From NCBI GenBank assembly GCA_951406725.2, contig OX597814.1:58900001-58964000 (forward strand): 64,000 nucleotides of DNA. The letters run 5' to 3'. How positions within the stretch are numbered: the stretch's first letter is position 1; each line of letters opens with the position of its first letter. The notes under the pieces were generated by a model. That model searched no databases, was not told the origin of the DNA, and saw only the letters and a program-made list of their open reading frames with translations. A program made the translations under genes and the position numbers. Positions 63,146 through 64,000 of the stretch are shown piece after piece. The stretch comes from Octopus vulgaris. Taxonomy: Eukaryota.

Positions 63146-64000
63146 TGTGAAATTTTGCATGCATTAATTTCAAAACATATTATTAATAGCTGCATGGTTC
63201 GTTTGTTTTTTAATCAGTTAAACTGATATTTCCAAGTAGACTTAAAAAGTAACTAGTCTGAAAATTTGTGTTTTAATGTGCAAATTTGAAATCGTGGTGT
63301 CATCAAGTACCTACATGAAACAGGGTTTCTAAGGAGATTCCTGCTGGTATGGTTGCTGCATTAGATCTTGCTTGTTCCGCCCATTGCAATAGTATAAAGA
63401 TAGCCAGCTAAATATAAGACAGGTAGGAGATGTAGGGAAAGTCCTGAAGTTGACCAATCTTGTGCAGGTCCGGAAACTGCCAGTGCCCATGGAAACATTG
63501 CTTGTGTTCAAGGCAGGCGATTGACTACAAATCAAATATCCCACTGCTATTTGCATATCTCGTGAGAGAGTTGAGAATTCTGTGCTCAATGGATTTGGCA
63601 TTATGAAGTTTTCTGCTCGGTGGTTAAGTTTTCTCATATACGATCAAAAGGTTACCAGACTGATCATGTCACGGGGAAATCTGACATTATTTGCGGTATA
63701 TCCAGTTTGTTTCCCCTGAAAGTTTCGTAGGCTAGGAAGAGTGTTCATCACTTTTAGCCAGAGACAAAGAACCAATCCATATAGTGGAGACAAACCCTAT
63801 TCACCTACTCCAAATTAGGCCAGCGTCGTTTCATCCCTAGGGAAGGTGATGGCCTCATTTTTTTTTGTGTATTGACTATCTTCAAAAGGCCCCACCATCA
63901 ATAGAGACTACTATACTCACTTCATGATGCAGTTTCAAAAGCGATCAAGAAAACACGCCCAGGACATCTAACGAAATGATTCTTGCTTAATCCAGGACAA

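Overview
AT-rich, microsatellite- and SINE-dense animal genomic DNA. The SINE families, (TA)n/(GATA)n load and Penelope/RTE/R4/Helitron/mariner debris suggest an octopus or other coleoid cephalopod (inference). No intact protein-coding gene is present, and most listed ORFs are microsatellite or transposon artefacts. The main signal emerges when the unique sequence between insertions is hand-translated on the minus strand through stops and frameshifts. It reads, collinearly from ~55.5 kb down to ~0.5 kb, as a decayed giant concatemer of ionotropic glutamate receptor (iGluR/IR) domains: about seven [ATD - S1/M1/M2/M3/S2 - S1/M1/M2/M3/S2] units, about 13 pore/ligand-binding modules. At the readable junctions, S2 runs directly into the next S1 or ATD with no M4. 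Second signal: a 361-362 bp tandem array in which each unit carries a minimal type I hammerhead ribozyme with a compensatory U3-A8 core pair. The segment 48,062-55,551 recurs almost identically at 55,652-63,145 across a 100-N gap, probably an assembly artefact. All protein assignments are manual motif matches; no searches were run.
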